Assembly (NCBI GenBank): GCA_030704615.1 | Contig: CM060731.1 | Span: 32,550,001 to 32,614,000, forward strand | Length of the DNA stretch: 64,000 nucleotides | Direction of reading: 5' to 3' | From: Takakia lepidozioides | Taxonomy: Eukaryota; Plantae; Bryophyta | In this document: positions 62,011 through 64,000 of the stretch, one piece after another | How the letters are laid out: each line of letters opens with the position of its first letter | Numbering within the stretch: position 1 is the stretch's first letter | Translations under genes and position numbers: made by a program | Notes under the pieces: generated by a model | What the model was told of the DNA's origin: nothing | Seen by the model: the letters and a program-made list of their open reading frames with translations, nothing else | The model's database searches: none

Positions 62011-64000
62011 ATGCAAACAGTAGGCATGGCAAGCGAAGGGGGGATCCCTGCCGTGCGCCAATCCCCTATGTCCATCGTCGCCTCGTTGCAGGCACGCCCT
62101 CAAGGTGCCCTAGTGTTCCGTAACAAGGCTCCCCGAGGCACCGGTGTCTGTAACTCTGACCTTGTACTGAAAGCCTCCATATTGCGTGGGTTGCACACTC
62201 TGTACTCTCCTCCCCAGTTGCTGAAGCTTATGGCACTGGGAAGAACTTGGAACAGTTTCAGATCGATTGCAGGGCAGTGGAGACCAGTAGTCCAGGCTGA
62301 GACTTATGGACAGGAGTATGAACAAGGAGGCCACCTACAGGTGAAGAAGAATGAGTGGCTACAAGGGCCCACTCTGCACAAGGGAATGCCTGAGACTCCG
62401 CACAATTGCAGCCATGTGGGCAATCACATGGAGATAGGGCACTGGGATACTGGAAAAGTGTTGGGAAAATCCCTGGCAGGTTTTCAACCTGTAATGGGTT
62501 CTGTTGATGATTTGCATGAAGGGGCACTGAAATCTGATCGCAGCGTTGAAAGCAACCTGACAAGGCACTTCGATTTTTTGGTGATAGGGAGTGGTGTGGC
62601 AGGCCTGAGATATGCACTTGAAGTGGCTAAGTTTGGGTCGGTTGCGATTGTGACAAAGTCGGAACCTCATGAGAGCAATACAAATTATGCTCAGGGGGGT
62701 GTGAGTGCAGTCTTGGACCCATCCGACTCTGTGGAAAGCCATATCCAGGATACTATTATTGCAGGGGCGTTCCTGTGTGATGAAGAGACAGTTGAGGTGG
62801 TCTGTCGAGAGGGTCCTGAGCGAGTGAGGGAGTTGATGGCATGGGGTGCCCTGTTTGATCAGAGTGAGGATGGACAGCTGCACTTGGCAAGGGAAGGGGG
62901 CCACTCTCACCATCGAATTGTGCATGCGGCTGATATGACAGGACGAGAAATTGAACGAGCCCTTCTTACTGCTGCTCGCACTAATCCCAACATTGTCATG
63001 TTTGAACATCACTTTGCTGTGGATCTGCTCACACTTCAGGAAGGAGCAACTGTAATCTGCTATGGCTTGGATGCTCTGGACATAAGAAATCAAAAGGTGG
63101 TGCGCTTCATTGCTGGAGTAACTATGCTGGCTTCAGGCGGAGCAGGTCATATTTATCCAACCACCACTAATCCTTTGGTGGCAACTGGCGATGGGGTGGC
63201 TTTGGCACAACGGGCACATGCAGTGGTTTCAAATATGGAGTTTGTGCAATTTCATCCCACAGCCTTGGCTGACGAGGGATTACCAATCAGGCCCGAGAAA
63301 CGGGAGAATGCTTTCCTCATAACTGAGGCAATGAGGGGTGCTGGGGGAATCCTCTACAATCAGAGTATGGAGAGATTTATGCCTCTCTATGATTCGCGAG
63401 CAGAGCTGGCACCTCGTGACATGGTAGCCCGGAGTATTGATGACCAGCTGAAGAAACGTAATGAAAGATTTGTGTACCTTGACATTAGCCACAAACCACG
63501 AGATGAAATTCTGTCCCATTTTCCTAATATTGCAGCGGAGTGCTTACAGTATGGAATTGACATAACCAAGCAACCTATACCAGTAGTTCCTGCGGCTCAC
63601 TATATGTGTGGGGGGGTGCAAACTGGGCTACTTGGAGAGACCTCAATTGTGGGGCTTTTTGCTGCAGGGGAAGTCACCTGTACTGGCTTGCATGGAGCAA
63701 ATAGATTGGCTAGCAACTCCTTGTTGGAAGCGTTGGTGTTTGCACAGAGAGCTGTGGGACCATCAGTTGACCATGCTCTGAAAGTGGGAGGTGGACAGCG
63801 AGAGACCGATGAGGCCAAGGAGTGGCCACGACCAGTTGTGGCAGTATCCTTGATGGACTTCCAGGTAGAGGAGGTACTTCGAGTTACAGCTCTCCAACGG
63901 AAGCGGCTGCAGCAAATAATGTGGGACTATGTGGGCATTGTCCGATCAACAGAGCGCCTTCAAGTTGCACAGGCAGAGTTGGGTGAACTTGAACATGAGT
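62011..64000 (+). CDS. AO: L-aspartate oxidase, plastid (NadB); partial, runs off the window end
   Basis: Uninterrupted frame from ATG 62011. FAD motif FDFLVIGSGVAGL, NTNYAQGGV, LAREGGHSHHRIVHAADMTG, TTNPLVATGDG, EFVQFHPT, LITEA.RG, ELAPRD, PAAHYMCGGV, GLHGANRLASNSLLE. It is absent from the ORF track, presumably because no stop lies in the window. Confidence 0.97.
   Translation, partial: MQTVGMASEGGIPAVRQSPMSIVASLQARPQGALVFRNKAPRGTGVCNSDLVLKASILRGLHTLYSPPQLLKLMALGRTWNSFRSIAGQWRPVVQAETYGQEYEQGGHLQVKKNEWLQGPTLHKGMPETPHNCSHVGNHMEIGHWDTGKVLGKSLAGFQPVMGSVDDLHEGALKSDRSVESNLTRHFDFLVIGSGVAGLRYALEVAKFGSVAIVTKSEPHESNTNYAQGGVSAVLDPSDSVESHIQDTIIAGAFLCDEETVEVVCREGPERVRELMAWGALFDQSEDGQLHLAREGGHSHHRIVHAADMTGREIERALLTAARTNPNIVMFEHHFAVDLLTLQEGATVICYGLDALDIRNQKVVRFIAGVTMLASGGAGHIYPTTTNPLVATGDGVALAQRAHAVVSNMEFVQFHPTALADEGLPIRPEKRENAFLITEAMRGAGGILYNQSMERFMPLYDSRAELAPRDMVARSIDDQLKKRNERFVYLDISHKPRDEILSHFPNIAAECLQYGIDITKQPIPVVPAAHYMCGGVQTGLLGETSIVGLFAAGEVTCTGLHGANRLASNSLLEALVFAQRAVGPSVDHALKVGGGQRETDEAKEWPRPVVAVSLMDFQVEEVLRVTALQRKRLQQIMWDYVGIVRSTERLQVAQAELGELEHE

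Noticed and set aside
62359-63093. 244-aa minus-strand ORF
   Set aside because: Antisense shadow of the AO coding frame.
51035-64000. Recent horizontal transfer of a bacterial nadA-nadB operon
   Set aside because: The genes are divergent rather than co-directional, QS has eight spliceosomal introns and the plant-type SufE fusion, and both have N-terminal targeting extensions.

Overview
Eukaryotic land-plant nuclear DNA, probably a non-seed plant. That is an inference from the transposon fauna (Tcn1-like chromovirus, CRE-type retroelement), not proven. The window has six protein-coding genes: plastid ribosomal protein L35 (+), an HLS1-like GNAT acetyltransferase (+), PCH2 AAA+ ATPase (-), an F-box protein of the At2g32560 type (+), quinolinate synthase with a SufE domain (QS/NadA, -) and L-aspartate oxidase (AO/NadB, +, runs off the window end). 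There is also one tRNA-Ala(UGC). The main finding is that QS and AO, which catalyse the first two consecutive steps of de novo NAD synthesis, sit head-to-head with start codons ~5.9 kb apart. About 3.6 kb of that spacer is a decayed CRE-type retrotransposon. The middle of the window is a 15.2-kb Mutator-like element (long TIRs, 9-bp TSD) holding nested LTR elements, a hAT element and a SINE, and rearranged by two apparent inversions. One PCH2 intron holds a head-to-tail stack of LINE 3' ends that appear to target (TC)n. Exon coordinates were read by eye and need RNA-seq confirmation.
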